From Zootoca vivipara (taxonomy: Eukaryota): a stretch of 64,000 bases of DNA. Position numbers and translations under genes: made by a program. Where the stretch lies: the NCBI RefSeq assembly GCF_963506605.1, contig NC_083277.1, forward strand, positions 98,394,001 through 98,458,000, written 5' to 3'. Below are positions 40,140 to 51,100 of this stretch, piece by piece; the stretch's first letter is position 1; each line of letters opens with the position of its first letter. The notes under the pieces were generated by a model, which made no database searches, had not been told where the DNA came from, and saw only the letters and a list, made by a program, of their open reading frames with translations.

Positions 40140-43100
40140 GTAATTATTTTCATTTGCATATTGTTTCTGAGTTTACCCTTGTCTTTGGAGAGCTTTAGTC
40201 CTCTGTATATGGCATCGTTTCCCCATTTGTGTGGAGGGGAAATCCAGTGAGANNNNNNNNNNNNNNNNNNNNNNNNNNNNNNNNNNNNNNNNNNNNNNNN
40301 NNNNNNNNNNNNNNNNNNNNNNNNNNNNNNNNNNNNNNNNNNNNNNNNNNNNNNNNNNNNNNNNNNNNNNNNNNNNNNNNNNNNNNNTAGCCCATCATGT
40401 TGCACGGTCATCAATATGAAAATATTAAGAATAATCCTAAATAAGTTTACTTCGAAGTAAGTCCCCTGAGTTCTATCAGACTTTCTTCCAATGAAATATA
40501 CTTAAGACTGTGTATTAGCCTGTCCACTAAGAAGAATGCCTTAAAATGACGTTCCTTGGACTTACATACGTCCCTTTTGTTCTATTCCAAGTTCAATCAC
40601 ACCATCCATCACTTTGCCTGCCACTTCCCTCAATCATTTTAAGCGGTCTCTTCTCCCTCTTGAATGGATCACAAATGCCTTGTCCTTCCCATCAGACTTC
40701 TCCATAATGTTGCCCTCTGCCCACTATATCTCAGCAGTGATACATCAGAAACTTCTGTCATCACTACGCATAGGGCAGATCCCCGTCATAATTTTAAAAC
40801 AAATGGTTCCTTCCCCCCCCCAAAGAATCTTGGGAACTGTAGATTATTACATTGCAGCTCTGTAAGGGGTAAACTACAGTTCCCAGGATTCTCTGAGGGG
40901 AGTCATGTATATTAAATGTTCGTTGAATGTACTTTAAATGTATGTCGTGGATCTTCCCTTAATCTATGCTTCTGCCTCCAGCTGATTTATAAAGTGGAGC
41001 CACAGGGGAACAAGTCTTCACTGACTAGATGATAATCCAGCCGTAATGGATTATACCCCCCTGCCATATAAGTCGATCAAAAATCTCCTTTCTGCCCTGT
41101 CCTCTGCTTTCTACCCTACTGTTATGCCAAAGGCCTCCAGTTAAACAACAGGATATTCCGGGAGGAATTAATGTACCTCCCTTTTTGGTTTTGTTCCTCA
41201 TCTCTGACACTTGGTCTACGTTTTCTTTGGTTCTCTTCTTTGTTTAGGCGGACAAAGTGGACATATTTTGCCCCTCTAATGCACAGGGCTCCCTGCTGAA
41301 CCCCAGCAGAGAAAGAGAATCATGGCATCTTAGGAAACAGACAAGAAAATGGCACCTCTGCCCCTCTTCCCATCACCCCCTGGATTCTCTTAGCCACTGT
41401 GTTAAATACTTGACCTTTGTTTGGAATCTGGCCTTCTCCATTACAGGATTGCTCATTTTGGCCATCGGGATCTGGGGTCTCTCCGACAAAGAGTCACTGG
41501 CAAGTGAGCGGATCACTTATTTGGGCAGCGACCCCATGCTCTTTTTTGTATTAGCGGGTCTTGTAGCCAGCACGATCTCTCTCTTGGGCTGTCTAGGAGC
41601 CCTCTTTGAAAACACCTGCCTCTTGAAGCTTTTTACGGGAGGAATCATGGTGTTTGTGGTCCTGGAAACTCTGGGTGGCATCGTTCTCTTTTCTCTGAGA
41701 CACCAAATCAAGACCTCCTTGCAAGAGTCCCTTACGGTGGCCGTGCTACGATACCAGGATGACCCAGATCTCAAATTCATCATGGATGAAATTCAGGTGG
41801 GCCTGCAGTGCTGTGGGGTGGAATCCTACCTAGACTGGAAAACAAATTTGTGAGTATAAGCCTACTTGGAGAATTCCCCTTGCCCTGTTCTGTTAACACC
41901 TAGGAACCACGTCGTCATCACCCATCAATCAAAATTGCTAATAATGCCATCGGTTTTCTTTTCATCCACGCTTTATGTGATTGAAAGAAAACTATGTTGT
42001 TGTTCTCCTCACATGATGCCTGCAAGAAGCCTGGGAAGCCCAGGGGGACAGTGTGTGATGTGACCGACGCCCATCTTGTTTCACCATCATGGTCTTCACA
42101 TTTGGGGGGGGGGTTTCACCTGAGCTACTAACCTGGGCTACTAACCTGGGTTGATCCTCTTGCTTGCTTTCATTTTAAGAGACCTAACCGAGTTCATTTC
42201 TTACCAGAAACATGCTGAGAGAGGCCCTAGTCCAGGCCATAGCTGCCAAGTTATCCCTTTTTTAAAGGGATTTTCCCTTATGCTGAATAGGCTTCCTCGC
42301 GAGAAAAGGGAAAACTTGGCAGCTATGGTCCAGGCACCCCCAAACTTTGGCCCTCCAGTTGCTTTGGACTACAATTCCCATCATCCCTGACCACTGGTCC
42401 TGTTAGCTAGGGATCATGGGAGTTGTAGGCCAAAACATCTGGAGGGCTGCAGTTTGGGAATGCCTGCCCTAGTCCATAAGCAGTTTAGCCACACTAAAAT
42501 CAGTGGGACATGTTGCTTGTGAATAACTTAAGCATGACTAATTTTCTCTGGATTGGCTCCAGAATATCCAAGGAAACCTCACAGCCACAGACAATTTTCT
42601 CAATGGTTTCTGTGCTGCATCTCCTTAATGTTTCCACACACACATTCTTTATTGAAAAAGGAATTGTACCTAGTATAAAATTATAAGTGCACAAGGTAAA
42701 ATAAGATGTGGAAAGAAATAACAGTTGTTAAGATACTCCCATGTAAAAAGACAACAGAAAAAAACCTTATAAACATTGAGGTATCAGGTTAAGGTATTAG
42801 GATAAGTACAATAACAAGCTGTAAGTTTTTTGTGGGTTTTTTGCCCTTTATAAAAGCATATTGTGCCATGTTACTGTCTGTAAATGCAAGAAGTGCTGGA
42901 TAATTTTTAAGGCTGTGTCAGTTTAGTCTCATCTTTTGTTCAAAGATTTGTACAGATTTATCATTTTACTCAGGACCTGCATGTGCACACCCACTGACAA
43001 TTGGCGCAATTGGCTTTTAACACTGGCAGGAAGTAGTGTATGAGCTGCTGCGGCTCGTTCTTGTTAAGAGGCTTCCTTAGCTGCTGCATCTGGTCTGTCT

Positions 43101-43878
43101 CTGTGCTCCCATCCTTTGGAGTGAGCTGGTAAGTGGTGCACAGCTTGAATCCACACCTGCCACCTCTCCCTGTGAACTCAAACCCTAACAGGCAGTGTCA
43201 AACCTGCTGCCTCCGTCCATTCATTCAGCAATGCATGCATAAAGTCAATTACGCATGGATCACACTGTGCACACAATTTCAGTTGCCGGGTGTGTAGTTT
43301 CCCTTTCCAAAGTACGCCTCTGCATGCATTGGTCCTGGTCAAGTTAGCGAATCCATGTGCAGACTATCCTTACCAGCAGGAATGTCCTCCTTTGCCTGGG
43401 TATCTTCTGCATTCACATGCAGAAAACGGAGTGGGTGTGCTGGAAGAGGCGGAGAGCCTCTGTGCCTTAGCAGCAGGTGAAATGATTCTTCCTGTTCTTA
43501 CATTCCAGATATTTTAACTGTAGTTCTCCAGGCGTGCAAGCCTGCGGCGTCCCATCTTCCTGCTGCCTGGATCCGCTGGAAAACGGCACCATCCCGAATT
43601 CCCAGTGCGGCTTTGGCACCCTGGCCCTGGAGGAGTTTGTGGCTCAAAGCATTGTGTATCTCGGAGGCTGCGTTCCCCAGCTGAGCAGATGGCTCAATAA
43701 TCATGCAGGAGCAATTGGCTTGTATTGTGTGCTTCTGATTGTGATTGAAGTAGGAAGCTTATTACTGACCACTAAGCTCCTGGCAGGCATTGCCCTTGCT
43801 AGGGCTCGGTATTCCAGTGAGAGGGAGGAAACATATTTGCTCTCCTATCATCAGAGACAAAAGGGATTTTTCTCATGA
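40104..43878 (+). CDS. TSPAN10: Tetraspanin-10 (oculospanin), three coding exons, ~335 aa
   Basis: Exons 40104-40139, 41248-41849 and 43509-43878 join in frame; CVKYL, DPML, YQDDPDL, CCG and YFNCSSPGVQAC motifs of TspanC8 tetraspanins; synteny between NPLOC4 and PDE6G. Confidence 0.93.
40253..40387. other. Assembly gap (135 N) in a TSPAN10 intron
   Basis: Run of N. Confidence 1.
41248..41849 (+). CDS. TSPAN10: TSPAN10 large coding exon (TM1-TM3 and start of large extracellular loop)
   Basis: Polypyrimidine tract plus AG at 41246-47; ORF 41257..; GTGAGT donor at 41850. Confidence 0.95.
42233..42466. mobile_element. 136-bp hAT MITE with a 90-bp hAT MITE (42238-42327) inserted in its left TIR
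   Basis: Outer TSD CCCTAGTC; inner TSD GTCCAGGC; inner TIR CATAGCTGCCAAGTT. Confidence 0.88.
43509..43878 (+). CDS. TSPAN10: TSPAN10 last coding exon (YFNCSSPGVQACGVPSSCC...TM4, stop)
   Basis: TTCCAG acceptor, in frame with ORF 43534..43878. Confidence 0.94.
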
Positions 43879-43902
43879 TCTGCTGCAAACGTAAGAATCC
43901 AG

Positions 43903-44599
43903 TTACAGGTAGGTAGCCGTGTTGGTCTGAGTCGAAACAAAATAAAAAAATTCCTTCAGTAGCACCTTAAAGACCAACTAAGTTTTGAAGTGTTTCTCCT
44001 ACTGGTTTCTCCGTCTTGTGGTTCCTGATATCAGATTTATGTCCATTTATCCTTTGGCGTAGGGTTTGGCCTGTTTGTCCAATATAGAGAGCTGAAGGGC
44101 CCTTAAATGGACATAAATCTGACATCAGGAACCACACGACAGAGAAACCAGTAGGAGAACACTTCAATCTCCCAGGACATTCTATACAATATCTCAAAGC
44201 AGCTGTTTTATTACAGAATAATTTCAGAAACAGACTGGAAAGAGAAGTTGCTGAATTGCAACTCATTAGCAAGCTTAAAACCATGGAGCCACCTGGAATG
44301 AACAAAGACATAGGATTCTTATCTCATTATACATGATCAAGCTTTCCTTAGCATCTCAGCCCTTGCTTACCCCCCCCCCCAGACCAATTGCAGTCATTAA
44401 CAGTCGTTAACAGTCATCAACAGGTTTACCACAGGTTTACCACCCATCACCCCCACCCCCACCCTCTGAATATACATAAGGGTCTGGCTGCTTCTGTTTC
44501 AGTGTATCTGACGAAGTGTGCATGCACACGAAAGCTCATACCAAAATAAAAACTTAGTTGGTCTTTAAGGTACTACTGAAGGATTTTTTTTAATTTTGT
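43903..44599. mobile_element. Penelope-like element fragment with inverted segment (GIY-YIG endonuclease remnant, pseudo-LTR)
   Basis: LYIGQTGQTLRQRINGHKSDIRNHKTEKPVGE on the minus strand and a partial copy on plus; inverted ends; flanking TAAGAATCCAG / TAAGAATTCAG duplication. Confidence 0.88.
44504..44541 (+). ncRNA. Minimal type I hammerhead ribozyme motif (Penelope-associated)
   Basis: GTAT-CTGACGA-A-GTGTGC-AT-GCACAC-GAAA-GC-TC-ATAC: catalytic core, 6-bp stem II, 4-bp stem I, palindromic AGCT stem III. Confidence 0.75.
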
Positions 44600-45619
44600 T
44601 AAGAATTCAGAATACTGTAGAAGCGCTGTTATGCCCCACCAGGTCCAGTATACTATTTAATTCCTCAGAGCAGGGTTTGCACCTTGTATGAGGAACAGGG
44701 AGATCCTTTGTGCTTGGAGTTCTCTTGCTTACGTCATACCCTTCCTCCTTATTCTCACTGTCCCCGATTCTCCTCCGGCTGCATCCCGTTCCATCAGTAC
44801 TGCCTCTCTTCCTCCGACACACCCTCCAAATATGCATAGAGAAAGAAGAAGAGTGTTGCAGCAGAACAGCTCCCTTTCAGGATCTGGTCTCCATGTGTTG
44901 TGGAAAGTTCTTGTGGAAACCCATCCATTAGTTTCCTGTGGCCCTTTCTCAAAGCCGCTTTCTGAAATGTGCCTGGGAAGCATTTTCGGCCCAACAACCG
45001 ACTTCCCCCACCATTCCCAAAACCAACACTCCCAAGGTATGTTCCTCTGCGGTGGCAAGATTTAGGGAACATGCTCCTGTAGGAATCTTACTTATCCCCT
45101 CTCTGTATGCCTTTCAGCAGGCAGTGAAAACAGAGATTACAAACCAGCAAACCTTTTATGGCTACCCTACAACCTCTCTGGAGAAACTATATCCTATTCT
45201 ATATGTGCAGAATCCATATTTTTCAACCTAACTCCTTTCCACTGCAGTATTCCACTCACATCACACTGCATCTTAAAGGTTCCCTGTTGCAATTAAAGTC
45301 TCTCTCCCTGCCCTCATGCTTCCTTGTTTGAGCCCAACAAGTAGTGCTGCAATAGCTTTCATTGCATGAGTTCATCTGCACACAGGAGGCTGATCACTCC
45401 AGTATTTTTTTTTGCTCGGTCTTTGATTAAGTGTCCACAACATCTTCACAAGGGAGGAGGGAGAGAAAACCGGAACAAATCTGCCCTCCTTCTGGTGAAC
45501 TCCTTGGCTGCCCCACCAGGTCCAGTGGTTGCTAGCCACATTGCATCCACTGCTTTAAACCTCCCCACCACCACCACTGCCCCACTTCCAGGAAATAGAT
45601 AAGAAGGAAGAGAATGTCA

Positions 45620-45957
45620 CAGACCCTCCAAGTGTCCCTATTTTCCAGGGATAGTCCCTGATTTACAGAATCAGGGTTTCTGATTTGATCCTGGAATGTC
45701 CTGCTTTTCCTTAGGACGTCCCTATTTTCATCGGAGGAACATTGGAGGGTATGGAGTTATCCAACTCCCGAGCCACCTGAAGGCAATCCTGTATAGTGTA
45801 TAGGGATTCATTTTTTTTAATGTTTAACATTTTATTATGTTTTTATATGTGTTGGAAGCTGCCCAAAGTGGCTGGGGCAACCCAGTGTGGAGTAGTAAAA
45901 TTATCATAATGGAATGGGACATCCCTATTTTCATTGGATAAATGTTGGGAGGGTATG
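45620..45957. mobile_element. Non-autonomous TIR element carrying an L2-like 3' fragment (second copy at 49002-49350)
   Basis: CAGACCCTCC...GGAGGGTATG termini; internal GGAAGCTGCCCAAAGTGGCTGGGGCAACCCAG is shared with free L2-like tails. Confidence 0.7.
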
Positions 45958-46264
45958 CTGTCATAGTAAAATGGAGAAACTAGTATACAGTACATGTAAA
46001 GATGTCTATTTTTGCAAACTATAGCTGCGATGGGGGGGAGGTTCATTGCAGATAGAGACAATAGCATAAAGTCAAGCGTAATACTTGCCCACTTGGGTTT
46101 TATTTTGGTTTTATCAATTGCTGGAGGCCAAGGGCTGATTTCTGCAAAGTTGGTTCATTTGAAGAGGCTAGGAGCACAGATGAAAGGAAGGTCACAGAAT
46201 CTGCCTCCTCAACTGGAGGGAAGGCAAATATCCATGCAGCCCCACTTTTCTGGCCTCTGTGTGT

Positions 46265-46341
46265 TTATATGATGCCATATTGGGCCAGCTCGTGTAGCTC
46301 CAAGTGGCTGAAGGCTTCCCAGGGGCAGATCACAGTAATAT
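46265..46341 (-). CDS. PDE6G: PDE6G coding exon 3 ([24 protein letters not shown])
   Basis: 77 nt ending in TAA. Confidence 0.96.
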
Positions 46342-49300
46342 CTGAAAGAAAGAGAGAAGCATCAGGGCAACCTACGTACAGTACATGCTCATTGCCAAAG
46401 GTCATCGCGCTTCTAGGCTGAAATCTGCCCCAAAGGCCTATGGTGACAACTGGTCGAGGAAGCAATTGTGGGGGTTCATAATCATAAATTCAGCTCATGC
46501 TAAGTGAGCACTTCAGCTTCTGTGCAGTGATGTTTAGAGAGAAGGGACCCTGACTACCAAACACTGCGTGGTATGGTGGCATGGCCTTGGCCAGGATGCC
46601 AAGACGAGCGATAAAAACAGTCTTCAACCAATGTATGGAAGGAGGTAGCACTAGCAGACATGCAAAGAAAGCTCTGCAGGTGCTGTGGAGGTAGTGGGTT
46701 GCACCAAGGCCTTCTGGGAATGAGTTCTAGACATACAAACACAAGCTGGTTCCCAGGTCTGTCTCCATCCGTAGGCAAAAAACGCAGATTCCTTGGTAGG
46801 TGGGAAATGTCAATAAAGAGAAACGAGGCAGTTTTTATACTAACAAAGGTGCAGATTAATGTTGTGTGGTGCACTAAAAATAGGAATCATTGGTACCTGT
46901 TCCCAAGCCCTCCATTCCAGGGATGTCATCGCCAAATCTGCAAAAGAAGAGAGAAAGAGCAGTCTACCATGCAATTGGCTTTTTCACCCAACCCGGATCA
47001 TTCCTCCACATTATATAATTCATGGATGGTCAATGTGATGCCCTCCAGATGTTGGACTACAACTCCCATCAGCCCCAGCTAACCTGACCAACAACCAGGG
47101 ATGGTGAGAGTTGTCCAATAAAATCTGGAGGGCAACATGTTGTCTATCCCTGATATAATTTCTTTATAGGGCTCCACGTGAAGCGGTTTAAGGCGGAATG
47201 CTGGTTTTTTTTTCCATGCAAGAGCTTAAGTCTCAGGACAGCCATTGATTCAATAATTCCATACATGGCAGAACCTTCCCCAGCTTTGGGCAAAGTTGCC
47301 GCAGGTTCCTTGCAGGACACAATCGAAACACAGTCTAAAGGGCACATAAATGCTATTGCCATGGTGCCTGACATATTAATCATATTCTAAATATCTTTTT
47401 GCTCAGAACCTGCATTTGCACAAATCAAGAAAGAAAAGAAGAAGAAAACCAGCTCCACGTGGAGCCCTATAAAGTCTCAGACTGGCAAACCTTGCCCTTT
47501 TGAAACCTTAAACAAAAGCAATGGAGCATGCCACCATTGATTTCTATCTGCTGCAGTACCAACAAGACAAGATGGGTGAATATTAAAGTAAATTGCAGAT
47601 CCAAAGGAACATAGGAAGCGAGGCCAGTGATTTGTCTAGCTTAGTATTTTCTATACATGTTAATTGTTACATCATTGTCAAATATCTAGACCAACCATTT
47701 CCCCAGAATAACAATTTGCACCACATCACCAACTTAGTGCCCCATCTCCCAGTTTGGCGGTGAGAAAGTGAGTTTCTTAATTGAGAAAGAATGCACTTCC
47801 CCATGATAGTGGAAGAGGCACTGTGAAGGATATTTGTTCCTGGATAGGCAAATGACTAGATTCACTGATGGGAAAGGTTCCAACATGCTGCTTGTAAAGG
47901 AATCGTTCCCAGCCAGAAAAACTGCTGGCAGAGAGAAGAATGCTACAAGCAGCAGGATTGCACCCGTTCTCTCCGTTACCAGCAGATTGATTAATGAGTC
48001 AGCATTCTGGCTTGCTGTTCCACATAGCAGGCTGGCATGCTGACTCATAAGTATTCCTTGTGGGTGCAAACTGGATAGCTTCACTAGTTTAAATCCTAAT
48101 ACTATCAAATCCAAAGTGTGTATGGATGGCAATTGTTATCCCAGGGCAGGATTAAAGGTGTTGCGTGTTTATTTAATTGCAACATCCCATGTATAAGACA
48201 ACCCCCAATATTAAACTTTAAAAAATTGGGGGGGGGGAATACAGTCTTATACATGGAAAAATACAGTATTTATGTGTGAGCAGACCTTGTCCCTTGTTTG
48301 CATATCCCACTTAGCATTGCATTGAATTCTACTCACAGAAAATTTCTCCTTTATTTTGGGGGACCCTAAACCATGGTTTGTCCAAATCCCCCAAAATTAT
48401 TAGCGTTGTGGCAAATATAGAAATTCCCATTTCTAGTCATCTGGGAGCAGGAGAGGAGAAACAGGAATGTTATTGAAACCTGCTGTGAAGACTGGAACTA
48501 AATGTGTGACCTATAGACTGAATGTGTTCTCTAAAGCTGGCCCACCCATGAAACAGGGTGAGGCGGTTACCTCAGGCGGCACCTACCCAAGGGGTGGCAG
48601 CTGTGTTCTGTCACCCAGCTTTGCTGCTGGTCTCCCCAGCCTCCAGGGGCAGAGAAGGACCAGTGTCAAAGCTCTGCAGAATGCCCCCCCTCCTGTCACG
48701 AGGAAAAGCCCTTCTGAAGAAGAAGAAGAAGAGTTTGGATTTGATATCCCGCTTTATCACTACCCGAAGGAGTCCCAAAGCAGCTAACATTCTCCTTTCC
48801 CTTCCTCTCCCGCAACAAACACTCTGTGAGGTGAGTGAGGCTGAGAGACTTCAGAGAAGTGTGACTAGCCCAAGGTCACCCAGCAGCTGCATGTGGAGGA
48901 GCAGAGACGCGAACCTGGTACCCCAGATTACGAGTCTACCGCTCTTAACCACTACACACTGGCTCTGGAGTTTGTGCCCCTCATCACAGGGGTAGCAGCA
49001 GCAGACCCTCCAGGTGTCCCTATTTTCCAGGGACGTCCCTGATTTAGAGAAGCCGTCCCAGTTTCTAGTTTGATCCTGGAATGTCCCGCTTTTCCTTAGG
49101 ACGTCCCTATTTTCATTGGAGAAACGTTGGAGGGTATGGAGTTATTACAACTCCTGAGCCATTGGAAGGCAATCCTGTATGGGGAATATTTTTTAAAAAT
49201 AAATAAAATGTTTTATTATGTTTTAATATATGTTGGAAGCTGCCCGGAGTGGCTGGGGCAACCCAGTAAGATGTGTGGGATGTAAATAATAAAATTATCA

Positions 49301-49676
49301 TTATGGAATGGGACGTCGCTATTTTCACTGGAGAAATGTTGGAGGGTACGCAGCAGGACATTTCACCTCAGGTAGCCCCTGCTTCCTATACACCAAACAA
49401 TGATTTTAAAACTGCTCCTGGACTGGTAGGGATGCTAGCTGTTGACAGCGGTGGGTAAGGAGGCCTATGGCTGTTTTTGGAGGAAAGTGAAATCAGTCCT
49501 CTTCACCCAAGGAATGTCTCCATCTCTCACCCTTGGACACCCTTCTTTGGTGGCTTGCTTTTGAACTGCCTGGTTTGCCTCTGCTTGAATTTGGGGGGGC
49601 CTTTTCTGGGGGTGGCAGGACCTCCAGTCACTCTGGTGGCCGATTTGATTTCCGGCTTGGGAGGTTCGAGGCTCAT
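46265..49676 (-). CDS. PDE6G: Rod cGMP phosphodiesterase 6 gamma subunit, 87 aa, three coding exons
   Basis: 146+41+77 nt = 87 aa plus stop: [87 protein letters not shown]. Confidence 0.97.
46897..46937 (-). CDS. PDE6G: PDE6G coding exon 2 ([13 protein letters not shown])
   Basis: 41 nt, TGCAG/GTACC. Confidence 0.96.
48716..48966 (-). mobile_element. tRNA-derived CORE/L2-tailed SINE (Squam3-like) with (TTC)n tail
   Basis: Minus strand has A/B-box-like head, core CTGGGTGACCTTGGGC, L2-like 3' end and microsatellite tail. Confidence 0.75.
49531..49676 (-). CDS. PDE6G: PDE6G coding exon 1 (exon acceptor at ~49737)
   Basis: Kozak ACCATGA; GTGAGA donor. Confidence 0.96.
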
Positions 49677-50037
49677 GGTTGCCGTGAAGAGAAAACGCCG
49701 TGGCACACAAAATGGCTTCCGATTCCTGCGGTTTAATCTGTTGTGAAGAAAGGAAGAAGGGAAAAGAATTACACTCCCGTGTCTAGTGTTTCTGTGGACA
49801 GCTAACTGAACTTCCATCACATCTTGAGTTCGTGTTCCAAAGCAGAGAAACAAATGAGGTGTAACATATTTAATTCCAGAATATAGAGAGTCAGACCATT
49901 AACTCATCTAGTCCAGTAACGTCAATGCTAACTGGTAGTGGCTCTGCAAGGTTTCAGGCGGGGGGCACCCCCAACCCCACCTAAATATGCCAGGGTAAAG
50001 CTTTTACCTTCTAAAACACACCTCCTCACAGATATTT

Positions 50038-51100
50038 CATAGAATCATAGAGTTGGAAGAGACCACAAGGACCATCCAGTCCAACCCCCTGCCAAGCAGG
50101 AAACACCATCAAAGCATTCCTGACAGATGGCCGTCAAGCCTCTGCTTTAAAGACCTCCAAAGAAGGAGACTCCACCACGCTCCTTGGCAGCAAATTCCAC
50201 TGCCGAACAGCTCTTACTGGAAGTTCTTCCTAATGTTTAGGTGGAATCTTCTTTCTTGTAGTTTGAATCCATTGCGCCGTGTCCGCTTCTCTGGAGCAGC
50301 AGAAAACAACCTTTCTCCCTCCTCTATATGACATCCTTTTATATATTTGAACATGGCTATCATATCACCCCTTAACCTTCTCTTCTCCAGGCTAAACATA
50401 CCCAGCTCCCTAAGCCGTTCCTCATAAGGCATTGTTTCCAGGCCTTTGACCATTTTGGTTGCCCTCTTCTGCACACGTTCCAGCTTGTCAGTATCCTTCT
50501 TGAATTGTGGTGCCCAGAACTGGACACAGTACTCCAGGTGAGGTCTGACCAGAGCAGAATACAGTGATACGAATATTTCCCTTGATCTAGATGCTATACT
50601 CCTATTGGTGCAGCCCAGAATTGCATTGGCTTTTTTAGCTGCTGCATCACACTGTTGACTCCTGTCAAGTTTGTGGTCTACCAAGACTCCTAGATCCTTT
50701 TCACATGTACTGCTCTCAAGCCAGGTGTCTCCCATCCTGTATTTGTGCCTTTCATTTTTTTTTTTGCCCAAGTGTAGTACTTTACATTTCTCCCTGTTAA
50801 AATTCATCTTGTTTGCTTTGGTCCAGTTGTCTAATCTGTTAAGGTCATTTTGAAGTGTGATCCTGTCCTCTGGGGTATTAGCCACCCCTCCCAATTTGGT
50901 GTCATCTGCAAACTTGCTCAGGATGCCCTCAAGCCCATCATCCAAGTCATTGATAAAGATGTTGAATAAGACTGGGCCCAAGACAGAACCCTGTGGCACC
51001 CCACTAGTCACTACTCTCCAGGATGAGGAGGAGCCTTTGGGTTCAGTCAGTCAGCCAGTTACAAATCCACTAAATGGTAGCATTGTCTAGCCCACATTTT
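50038..51100 (-). mobile_element. 5'-truncated CR1 LINE (RT C-terminal part and 3' tail)
   Basis: ORF 50214..51011 has [19 protein letters not shown] and [13 protein letters not shown]; terminal ATTCTATG repeat. Confidence 0.95.
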
